Of a DNA stretch of 64,000 bases, positions 24,491 through 40,401 are shown in pieces (position 1 is the first letter of the stretch; every line of letters starts with the position of its first letter). The notes below the pieces were generated by a model that was not told where the DNA came from, made no database searches, and saw only the letters and a program-made list of their open reading frames with translations. The translations under genes were made by a program, and so were the position numbers. The DNA comes from Octopus bimaculoides (lineage: Eukaryota): NCBI RefSeq assembly GCF_001194135.2, contig NC_068991.1, forward strand, positions 7,271,615 through 7,335,614, given 5' to 3'.

Positions 24491-27400
24491 TGGAGAAGGA
24501 AAATTTTAAAAGTCAACATGTCAAAGGTGATATCTTACTGAAATCTTCAACAACAATAGAATCTAAAAATAATGTCTCTGAAAATACGACAAATTTAAAA
24601 AGTATGAAAAAATTATTAGATGAAAAGCAAACAGACGATAAGGCCAAACAGATTCCCAAAAGAGAAGAAACAACAGTTGAAATATTGCAATCCAACCAAA
24701 CGAAAACAGTGTTTGAAACAAAATCAGTTGTGAAAAAGATTAGCAACAGGATTCCAAAAATTTCTATTCGACATTTATACAAAACTTGCTATAGTAATTT
24801 TTCCAGCCATTTAGATATATTTTATGCATATGAGAAGCAACGTAACAAACTTTTCCAGAGAGAAGAATATTTAGATAATAAATCTATGCAATCAAATTGG
24901 TTTTTTAAAATCTTATATCAGATACAGCAAAGCCAAATGATTTCACCTTCACCAAATATTCTAAAAATGTCAAAAGTATTCAAAAAATCAAAGGCATCTA
25001 AAAGCAAATATAAAGTAAGAAACATTTTGAAACTTTGCTTAAGAACCTCAGATTGTTTGAAAGTATGTCGATATTTCTTTGAATTTCAAATGTGCATACC
25101 TGGATTTAATTGGATAAGGAATAGTTCTAGTAAGAACCGTTCTTATTTAGTTCAATGGGAAGCTTTTCCGAGAAAGGAAAATTTTGGAATTAATTTTAAT
25201 AAAAAGTCATTCAACAATGACCAGAAGAAACTTCAAAGAGATAATGTCAAAATAAAGGAAAAGACCAAAGATGAAAAGATCAGAGATGGAAAGAAAATGT
25301 TGGATAAAACTGGCAAGAATAAGGGAAAATTTACTGAAAATAAGATCAAAGAAAATTCCCATACTTCAGATAATAAGAAACAAAATAATAGAATGTCCAC
25401 CAAAACAAAACTGTCTTCTGATGATTCACAAAATAAAATTGAAAATAAAATAAAGGAAACGAATGTGAATGAAGAGGTAAATAGTAAAGGAAGAAATGTT
25501 CCAGTTCAGGAAAATATTATGGAAACTCCTCAAGATAAATCATTTAATCAAAGATTAAAAACAGAAAACAGTGTGGATATTGGTATGGTTAACAAGATAG
25601 TTGATGAGATGTCAAATGAATATTTGATCAAGATACAGTCACTAGAGCTAGCAGTAACAAAATTAGAGAAAGAACTGCTAACAGGACAGCTGAGCAGAAC
25701 TAATGACCTGTTGTCATTATCTCAACTTGAAAGCCAGATTCTCCATTTACAGACAAAATTAATGAAACTCAATCAGACATATATCAAGCTTGAACAAGAG
25801 AACCAAGATTTGAAACATGGTCAACAGAAAATTTTTGAACTCAAACAACAGAATGAGAGACAATTGACTAGTAACTTTGATGTGAAGAATAAGATCCATA
25901 ACCAGACTAATTTAATCAGACAACAACAAAAAAATTTTGCTGATTTGTCTTATATGGTACAAAATCAATCAAATCTTCTTAGTAAATTAACTCATCGACA
26001 AGAACAGATAGAAGAAGAAAATAGAATACTTCATCAAGTTGTTATGAACCAGTCTTTATATATTTCACATGTCTTGAAGACAGTTCATGTATTAACCAAT
26101 CAGATGCAAGAAGAACGTATTCGTGAAAATACTAACAAATTTAACATGTTTCCAGTTCAATTAATTGAAAAGTTAGAATCATTGATATCTAGCAGGAAAA
26201 TAGTTGAAGGTGAGAAAATAGAAAAACATATCAAAAGGAAAGGGAAATCAAAAAATATAACTTGTAAAAAACCTTGGATTTCTGTGGGAAAATATTCTCA
26301 TCACAAACTAGTGGTAAAACAAAATAGGTTAAAGTATAGGTATTTCACTCTTTTATCGAAATCCTGCCTCATATTTGATAACATAGATGAACAATCTTTG
26401 CCAAATTTACCAGCATCTTCAACTCAGTATAAATTAAGATCATCTACAGCTGTAGAAAACAAAAACGAAACTATAAATAAAACCATTGCAAGAAAGAAAC
26501 AGGAAACTCAAAAGAGCTCAACACTTCCACAAAAAAATCAGTCGAGTAAATTTAAAGTGCAGGAACCAAAAATTAAAGAAACTGAAAAAAGCAGTCAGAA
26601 TGTAAAAGAAATAAAAGATGAACAGAGTGTTAAAATTAAAAAAGAAAATGATACAAAAGTAAAAGATGGGAATTCAGAAGAAAAAAATCAACGCCAAAGT
26701 CATAATTCTGATAAAGTCAAGCCAAAAGTAGCTTCCCATAGTAAAAAAGAATCTGTTGAGGTCCTTGCTGGTCAGAAACCAACAAAGAGTTCTGAGACCA
26801 ATGTAAAGAATAATAAAGAAGAAAAAGAGGGAAACAAGAAAATGAACGATAAAAACTTAGAACTGAAGGAACCACTCTATGTTGATGCAAAACAGAGCGG
26901 ACCAAAAGGTAAGATGGTTTCAATTGTTAAGGCCTACTGTATTAATGTCATCATTATCATCATTGGTTGTTTGTGTCTCAGAAACTTAGCAGTTCAGCAA
27001 AAGGGGTCATTGGAATAAGTATCAGACTTAGGCCTCCACCACCACCAAGTAACCCATACGTACTGGGGTTGGTTTGCTCAACTAAAACCCTTCGAGGTAG
27101 TGCTCCATTATGGCTGTTGTCCAATGAGTGAAACAAGTAAAAGATAGAACCCTTGATTCTCTGTAGCAGCTTGCTGGCCACTTTTGTCCCCATCTATAAC
27201 AGTATTTTACCCAGTCCCCTAAGCTGTTTTCACTGATATTCTCCTGCATTCTAGATTTCCTTCTTTTCTAAAATACCAATTCATTTGATGCATCAATGTT
27301 TGTTTATAAAAATATTCCCACAAAGCAGTCTTGTTTATTCTTTATCCTTTATTTGTTTTAGTCATTAGACTGTGGCCATGCTGGGGCATTGCCTTGAAGA

Positions 27401-29567
27401 ATTTTTTGAGATGAATGTCTCAACCCCAGTACTTAATTTTTAAAAGCTTGGCACTTATTCTATCAGTTATTTTGCTGAACTCCTAAGTTACAGTGGACAT
27501 AAACACACTAGCACTGAGTGTCATGTGATGGTGGGAGGACAAAAACAGACAGAAACACACACACACACATGATGAGCTTCTTTCGGTTTCTGTCTACCGA
27601 ATCCACTCACAAGATTCTGGTTGACTTGAGATTATAGTAGAAGACACTTGATCAAGGTACCATGCAGTGGGACTGAACTCCAAACTATGTGGTTGCTTCT
27701 TACCGCACACCCATTCCTGCACCTTTATAATCAATTTTAAGAATTGGATTCTTCCTCAGTCTGTGATGTTTCAATTCTTATTTCCTTACATTTCAGACTG
27801 CTATGATTTATATATGAAAGGAAGTTCCAAGAATGGTGTCTATAAAATAAAACCCATTGCTACATCAAAATCTCTAGATGTTTTCTGCGATATGAAAAAT
27901 GGTGGCTGGACTGTAATACAAAGACGCCAAGGAGGAACAATAAGCTTTAAACGAGATTGGAATAGCTACAAAAAAGGCTTTGGAGGTAATACTTTTTTAA
28001 TTATATTCATTTTGCATCAACATTATCATTTAATGCCCATTTTCCCATGCTTATAACTCTTGTAATGTACTCTAAAATGTAATACACACACACACATACA
28101 TGTGTGTGTGTGTAAGAAATTACGATAAGCACAAATGTATGTCATTTATTCTTCTCCATGTTTTGACATTGTGGTTGTTTGGAACTCTATATTGGATGTA
28201 AATAATAAAAGGTTTTGAATGATACAACAATGCACTATAATACAAAAAATGGACTATACACCTGTTGTAATTTAGTTATCTATAGTCCGATGATATTTCG
28301 GAATAAAATTCCTTCTTCAGATATTCTTAGATGGAGTCGCTGCTATAATCTGTTTTCCAACGGCTTTTCTTTTTTCGGAATGCATCTGTTTTCAAACATT
28401 GCACAAGGCTTTGGCAACAACCAATGGTTATGTGAGCGAGCCATCTTAGCTCTGCGTAATGATGCTGTTGACAAAATCAATTTGGGATCTCTTGCAGCTG
28501 TTGCCAGGACAAGAACAGTCTTTCAAATCAATCGACACTCATTGATCAGGATCAAGCTGTAATTTTTACAACTGAGTTCCTGAACTCTCTGCAGCCATCT
28601 GGGATGCCACTTCATAACTTAGCACTTAAAAAGGAGGCCCCAATCATACTGCACAAGAATCTGGATCCACCTCGTCTGTGCAATGACAACAGACTGGTGC
28701 TGAAAGTGATGCAACCCCATGTACTAGAGGCAGCAATTATCACTAGGAAATACAAGGGTGAGGATGTCTTTATTCCACGGTTCCCATTAATCCCATCTGA
28801 TCTCCACTTTGAATTTAAACAGCTCCACTTCCCGGTGAAACTAAGTTTTGCTATGTCAATAAACAAATCTCAAGGTTGTTGGACTTAACCTTGCTTCTTC
28901 TTGCTTCTCCCATTGGCAATTATATGTAGGGTGTTTGTGAGTTAAGTCCCAAAACTCTGAGATCTGAGGATTTTGAAAAATTTTACTTTCTGCAAGCCAT
29001 CCCACAATCTCAAATGTATATTTTCTTTTCTTTTTGTTAAAATATATTTCCTGATATCAAACAACTAACTGCTCCTTTTATTTGATAGGTATTTATGGAG
29101 AACACTGGCTTGGTAATGATAACATTCATTGGTTGACAAACCAAGGTCATTACAGTTTACGTGTGGATTTGATAGACTGGGAAAAGAATAAAGTAACAGC
29201 CATTTATGAATATTTTATGATAGATGATGAGAGCAATGGCTACCGTTTACATGTTGATGGCTACAGCGGTGATAGCGGGGATTCCTTGAGCAAGCATAAT
29301 CTGAACAAATTTTCAACAAAAGATGTCGATAATGACTTAGTTACAAAACAGTTTGGTGGAAGCTGTGCAAAACGCTTCAATGGTGCTTGGTGGTATTACA
29401 AGTGTTATGCATCAAATCTAAATGGAGTTTTCTATCGTGATGGTTTAGTAGCAGACAAAAAGTTTGATGGAATTGCTTGGAAATCTTGGAAAAAAGCAAA
29501 TTATTCATTAATGAAAGTAGAAATGAAGATAAAACCAAAAACAACAAAAAAGGATTCAAATAAATAA
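22592..29567 (+). CDS. Secreted angiopoietin-like / fibrinogen C-terminal domain (FReD) protein, ~1153 aa
   Basis: Exons 22592-22635 (signal peptide MKIGFILLCLIYSA), 24159-26908 (2750 nt, low-complexity plus coiled coil), 27797-27985 (DCYDL...FCDMKNGGWTVIQRR...WNSYKKGFG) and 29089-29567 (EHWLGNDNIH...FSTKDVDND...CAKRFNGAWWYYKCYASNLNG...YSLMKVEMKIKP). Phases 2,1,1 consistent; total 3462 nt. Confidence 0.9.
28385..28950 (+). mobile_element. Helitron Pif1-like helicase C-terminal fragment (pseudogenised) in FReD-gene intron 3
   Basis: VFSNIAQ..NNQWLCERAILALRNDAVDKIN / LLPGQEQSFKSIDT...TEFLNSLQPSGMPLHNLALK..PIILHKNLDPPRLCN..VLEAAII..KGEDVFIPRFPLIPSDLHFEFKQLHFPVKLSFAMSINKSQG, with frameshifts. 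These are characteristic Helitron RepHel helicase motifs. Confidence 0.9.
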
Positions 29568-30199
29568 CTATGGAAATTTGGATATAATTTCTGTAAAAAA
29601 AAAAAAAGAATCCAATTTCAGTATATTGCATTTCATTTGTCACAGCCATTCCATATTGTGTAACATAACTATATCCCCTAATCACATCCATGTTATATAT
29701 ATATATATATAACTGCTTATCCCAATCAAAATGATCATTTTAAAGGAATTGAACTGAACAAATGAAATAATCAATGTTTCATAAAATATCTTTGTTGGTG
29801 ATGTAACAATGAAACAGAAATGTTCCTTTATATTTGTACATAGTTTTTTCATGAAACTAGTTCTAATAATATTGTATATAATTTCAAGGAAACTGAAAAG
29901 AACAAAAAATATACAATGCAACACTTATTTGGTTATCATTAAAAATATCTATAACCATTTTTATTGTTTCTTAGAATATGTTACACTATTTCTTGTAAAT
30001 TAACAGAGACATTGTGAGTTGTGAGTCTATGATTTGAAACAATTTTTCTGTCATTAAATATTTCAAATAAATTCTAAATTAAGTTTATATATTAGGTTGT
30101 CTGGAAGGTTCTGGGCATTTCGCTCTTAATTGCGAAAGACCCTTTCAGTAAGCTGCAAATATCAAGAAAACATCATGCTTCACTTCCTTTAAGCGATTG

Positions 30200-30460
30200 C
30201 TTGTGAGGCTAGGCCTCACTAGATTCTTCCTGGTGAATGCTTACCCTTAATAACTGCATCCCAAAGAATGGCCTTTCTTTCCAGAACTAAAAAATACTTC
30301 AGCCTCTTCCCCCGTTTAACCCTAACAACTACCAACGCTCTACAAAGCTCAAGTAAGACTCTCTGTGTGGGTAATGACAGCTCCCGCATTAAAACTATGC
30401 TGCCATTACCCACACAGAGATCTTTGGCTGCATCTGAAGAGAGGTCACTCAGTTAATTGG
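30200..30460 (-). mobile_element. Possible decayed LINE (L1/Tx1-like ORF2 C-terminal) relic
   Basis: GC-richer island in AT-rich intergenic DNA. The minus-strand translation is only loosely LINE-like and has no diagnostic motif. Confidence 0.3.
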
Positions 30461-31256
30461 CATGGAGTTACACGCACACACACTGACTAGCCTCTAGTTC
30501 ATAGATAAGTTGTCTCCCCTCACTACTTTAGTAGGAAACACTTGCCCAAAGTATCACCCAATGGGACTGAGAAGTGAGCTTCTTAACCACACAGTCACGT
30601 CTGTACCTTAAGCTTCCTTTAAATAAAAACAATGAAATCAAAATAAGTTTTAATACAAAACTTTTTTTTAAAAGAAATTTTATTATATACAATATAATTT
30701 ACATCAAAACAAAATACTTTATTTCCTCAGGTTAAAAAGTAATTTAAGACTGACATAACTAATGAGAAAGATATCGTAAATTTTGCAAAAATAATTTACT
30801 TGATTAAGGAATGTTATTTTAGAATACAAATCAGCTTGAACATTTCACTGTAAAATTCATTGTTGGTTTACCTTGGCTAAAATTTGGCAGTGATAGCATG
30901 TTCATCACTAAGATAAAAGTCCTTTATTATTGAAGAGATGATGAATTTCATAATTATTAAAACATATATGATAGACACTAAACACAAGAATTTTATATAA
31001 ACTGTAACAAAAGATATAGACTGACCACAACATTCGTTTCACATTATGCTGTAATAATCAATGGTATGGTAGGAATCAGAGTCTTAAACAATATCATAAA
31101 TAAATTAGTGATCCTTATACATACATAAAGAGTGTCTATATGGAAAGCTGTACTAAACTGTAGTGTTTGTCTTAAGAAAGCTTTTCTTATAGACTTATAG
31201 TGTTAAAACAATACAGAAAAATACCAGCAGCAGGCAAAGGTCACCTACCATTAATA

Positions 31257-31459
31257 GTGGAATAACTGGATCCTGATTTCTGCTTGTTAACTTCTTCAGC
31301 AGCAAATATCTATGTCACCTTATGCCAAGCAAACATCAGCTGCAAGTTGATACAGTTAAACAATGATTGAAAGGTCGCTGGTGTTACATTTAACCAGTAA
31401 ACTAAACAGAAATGAGCTCAAGAAGCTAACGAGCAGAAATCTGGATCCAGTAATTCCAC
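31257..31459. repeat. Imperfect inverted repeat (40-bp arms, 123-nt spacer)
   Basis: 31257-31296 vs reverse complement of 31420-31459: 36/40 identical. Confidence 0.85.
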
Positions 31460-32980
31460 CAATTAGTACTGGAGCACATATTCTTCTATGTTTTAACACT
31501 GTATGTCAACAAGAGATGTTTTCTCAAGCCAAATGTTGCAGTTTAGAAAGGTTTTCAACATGTAAGTATAAAGATTGCTAATTTTGAACTAATATTGCTT
31601 CCATCAGTAATAATGAATGATATGAATAATTATGTATAGTTGTGTACAGATATGAAAAGACAATATACTGCACAAGTTATCTCAAGAGAAGAAATTCTCC
31701 TTACAGACAAACTGGGTGAAAATACATCAATAGGTCATTCATGGACACCATTTCATGGTCTAGTGGTCATCCATATTATCGATAAGGAGAAATTATTTCT
31801 CTTTAGACAACTTGTATAGCATATTGTCTTGCCATATTCAAATGAACAGAAGCATGTAAAATATTACTGTACATAACTATATTTCATTCAATGCTTGTTT
31901 AGTGCACATCTGATTATAAGTAATGACACTTATTTATGGCTAAAATGTATTGAAAAGACAAGACTTATTTAGTTTGAAATAATGATTTAATGTACATGTT
32001 GACTGAACATTTTGAGGATCCAAATCTGAGTTCTGTTAGGATTGAACTTCTAATGGTTCTGCAAGAAAGAAATGAAGGAATAGATCAGAATTGCCGACAA
32101 CTGAAATCGATATTGAATGAAGAATATAAAGATATAGAGAAGAAAACAAAAATAAAAGAATAAAACCAGGAAAAAAAAATTATATTGGTCAAGATTAAAT
32201 ATTTCAATATGTGAGATGAATTATTAATACAATTACAATTTTCTGGATTATTAATCTCATCTACACGATGCTGCTTTCATTTTAATACTATTATTCCATA
32301 ATAATTCTATTCATATCTAAGATGGTACAATATTTTAGCAACCACCAGAAAAATGGAAGCCATATTGACCTTGGCAGGATTTAATTTCAGAACATAAAGG
32401 ATTTTAATAAAATACTGCAAGGCCTTGTTTCATGCTGTAATAATTTTGTCAATACACCACATTTAGTCTCATCTCCAATTATTAATGGGTGTCCTCTGTT
32501 GCTAAGCACTATCAGTCATCTACTAATTCTGCCCCACTCCGTTATTATCCAACTCCATTAGATCACTCTCATCCCCTCTTCTAAAGTACGAGTCATCATG
32601 TAGCTCCTCTATAACAAAAAACCTGTTCTGCTGCTCTGGCTTCTCTGCTCATACTTTTATCCATTATTTGCTCCTTATCTTCAAGAATAAAGTTGCCATC
32701 TTGGAGTTCATATTCTTGCAAACAGCATGATGGCCTCACTAATGCTAGTGGCATGAAAAAAGGTATCCAGTACACACTGTAAAGTGGTTGCATTAGGAAA
32801 GGCATCCAGCTGTAGAAACTATGCTAAAGTAGACACTGAAGCTTGGTGCAGCCCTCTGACTCATTAGTTCCTGTCAAACCCATGACAGCATAGAAAAAAG
32901 GGATGTTAAATGGGGATGATGATGATGATGATGATTCTTATGCTTGTAATTCTTGAATTAAAAATAAATTACCTTCACTG

Positions 32981-36935
<3,955 letters not shown>

Positions 36936-38285
36936 ACCAAGTGTGTGACATAAACATAGACATGCGTACTCTATACCGGTGTAAGGAATGCTTTGCTTTC
37001 TTTACACGTACTCTCTCACATAATACCTTTGTTTAAAATTTTTATCAATATCTTCTTAAAAATTTAATTTGAATTAAAAAATTTTTTAATTGTACTGCAA
37101 ATCCCTTATTTTAGCACAGGTTAAAACGAACAACAAATTGGTCGTTATTAGAGAAAGATATTTTCTGAAAATATTTAGTGAAGGAACATACTATAAACAC
37201 AAATGTGCTCTCAGGAGGTCAGCCAAACAAACAGCAACAACAAATAATAATATTTTATGGGTGGAAAACGTTTTAAAGCTAAAAAATAATTACCTTCACC
37301 GGTTACAAGATTAATTTGTTAAACGATCGTTCATTGGCTCGATTTAAGTATAAAAGTTTGTTTCCACCAATCAACATACTCCTTTGATAATATCCTTATA
37401 GCAAAATCGGACAAGTTGCTTGGCATGGTCCTAGGGTTTAATATTGTCCGGGAAATGTTAAAAAATAGATAGCTTCACCTTTATACTAGCTCATATACCA
37501 CGTTACTAATTTAAAACTGGACCATGATTGAATAGAAGCTTTGTGAGTAAGCATATATTGCTGTGTATTTATAATTGAAGTCATTGTTACGAATGGAAAT
37601 TCATTCTGATTGCTGCACGCCTTCGTCTCTTTAGATTAGACCTTAGCGTCTGCTCCATTTACTTTTTTCGCCTCATCTTATTGATTCCCCCCCCCCCAAA
37701 CATAGGTTACATAAAGATTATTTATATCTTTATTTATATTCTTATGTTTCCATTGTTTACAAACTTAAAATTATTATTTTTAATTAAATACTTCATCAAT
37801 ACAAATATTAAAAGCAAAATTCATCCAAAATTAGGAACCACTCCAGCCATTAATTCATTTGCTTTGCTTCTGAACTAATTGTTTATATTACTTTCTTTAA
37901 AGTTTTATATTCTATAGTCGTCTTATTATCTCTATACCTAAAGCAGATGTTGGCTGCTTCGTCTCATTCGCTCCTATATTTATAATTCTTGTTTGAAATG
38001 AAATTTATTTCATTTACTCGAATAATAGTTGTATGTGTTTATTTAGAATGCTTATTTATGCAATTCTTCCAACGTTCTCCTAATTATGACAATCAGTTGT
38101 TCTCTATTCGCATATCAACAACTCAATATAGTATTAATGCATGCATTTTCAGTTTTGGATCTCATTGTAGTTGCATCGGAATAGTTTACTATTGAATAAG
38201 TCGATATATAGATACATTATATTATCTTAGCAAATACTTAATGTTGAATTTTGAAAATGTAATTAATCTTTCAAAACACTCATGT

Positions 38286-38316
<31 letters not shown>

Positions 38317-40401
38317 CAATACAATAATGTGCGCACCAGAAGTGTTTTCTAACTAAATTTTCTCTTTCATATGAACTGTTTGTTGTGATATTTTGTCCTT
38401 ATTTCCTTGTTTAGTTTTTCTAACCCTAACATAATTTTCGATTTGTAATCCTTATTTATACAACTTTCCTTTATTGAATTGTTAAATGTCTTCATATATA
38501 CACTTCAAGATATATCTGGCGATTCGCTGTCGACAAACATTGGTTTGAGGATTTTTTTTTTGTTTTTTGTCTATCTTCCTTGAACTTTCCTTTTTCTTTG
38601 TGCCTTATACTTTTCGGTTAATTACATCATACTACGTTGGTGTAATCTCAAAGACTTACTCCCGAATATTTTACGGGTCATATTGCTTTATATTCGGGCC
38701 AGTGTTGCTTTTAGTGTCTATCTTCAGTAGAAAAAAAAAAAAAAGAAATCTCATCAAGCATCTATTCCATCTAGTATTGAATGTATACACATTTAAATAA
38801 ATATTTTCGCTTACATCACGCACCTCGAGATCACATTTAATGTTTAGAATCTGAGGGTTTTTCTTTGGTATGAAAATGCTTTTTTTTTTCTTTCTTTTGC
38901 CTTTTCTGATTTTATTTCTTTACAACTGAACTAAAACTATTTGAAAGGTTTAATTACGAAAATTGGTATTATTTCCCTCTTACATTTGTAAATATTCCCA
39001 TTAATGTGTACTATTTCTTCAGATATTTACTGTTAAAATTGACTTGATGAGAACGATTTGATTGCCTCGAGCAAAAACTAACAAAAATATCAAACTTTAT
39101 TTTCATCACGACTGTATTTTGCTGTGTTTTTTACTTTTTGTTTTTCTATATTATATAGGATAAGAATTGTTCTTAAGTTTATCAACTGCTGTAGAAAGAT
39201 TATATTTGTACCTAATTTTACAATCCTTATTGTAGGCACCAATCCATTGAGTTACTTAGGAATAGCGGAAGGAAACCTTGCGGCCGACTACGCAAAGAAA
39301 ATAGTAAAACAGTAACAGCAAAAGAATTTTTTTCACGGAAAGACGAGAAAAAACAAAGGTTTGTTAATTCAAAACCATTTTATAAGTTGGTTGTGTAACT
39401 ATGCTCTTGATAAAACGCCAAACTGCTTGCTCCAGTTCCTATGATTGAACGAAAAAAATAGGATCCAGTTATTTAAAAGTTACAGGGAAACTCGCTCCAA
39501 CATAAAAGCGATCTCAACTAGGCATCGGTAAACGTATTACAAAACAGAAAATGCTACTACTATCGCCTTAACTTCTCAAATATTTTCTTACGAACACGCG
39601 GATTCCCTATTTTTCATGTTTGTCACGTTTTTGGTAACATAGCAGTATGACAATATATATAAGCAAAAATATTCGCAAATAAATCGAGATATGATTGGTT
39701 TTAGCAGTCGAGATTTGATTGGTTTTCAAAAAACAAAAAACTACTTCACATTCTCATTTGTTCAATACCATGTAGCAGAGACACGTGATATTTGCATCTA
39801 TCCAACCGAGAAAAACCTGATATTTTCAATTATTTATCATATGCAAAAGACACTGATCAGGCGAAGTCTATAGTTGAAGTTTCATCATAGACTCTGTACT
39901 TTATATAATTTATACCAAGTAATATTTATAAATACTTAATTAGTTATGTTTATGAAACATTTTGGCACAGATGTTTTGGTGTCACTGATTTGTCACAGTC
40001 TTACTTGACATCAGACATTTTTATGTTTCTCTTGGTCTCCCCCCACTCTTTATCATTCACTCTCTCCCTTGCTCTGTGTGTATGTGTATTTCTCTTTCTG
40101 TGTATGAAGAGTGAGGAAGTTATGTCTATTATGTTCAATTAATAAATCATGATGTGTCTCATTGCCCCACTATCTTTATCTCTCTTTGTGTATATTTCTC
40201 TGTATGTGTGTGTGTTTGTCTTTGGTGCCAAAATGTAGTTACCAAAGCATGATCTTTGTCCACTCAGCCATACCAAATCACCAGCATCCAAACAGCTGCA
40301 CCCTATCATCTCATTCCAGTTAGTTATACACAATACCATTACATTCCTTATTGTTATGTACCATTTTAATAAATTCTGCTCCAAAATGATTTTCCTTTCA
40401 G

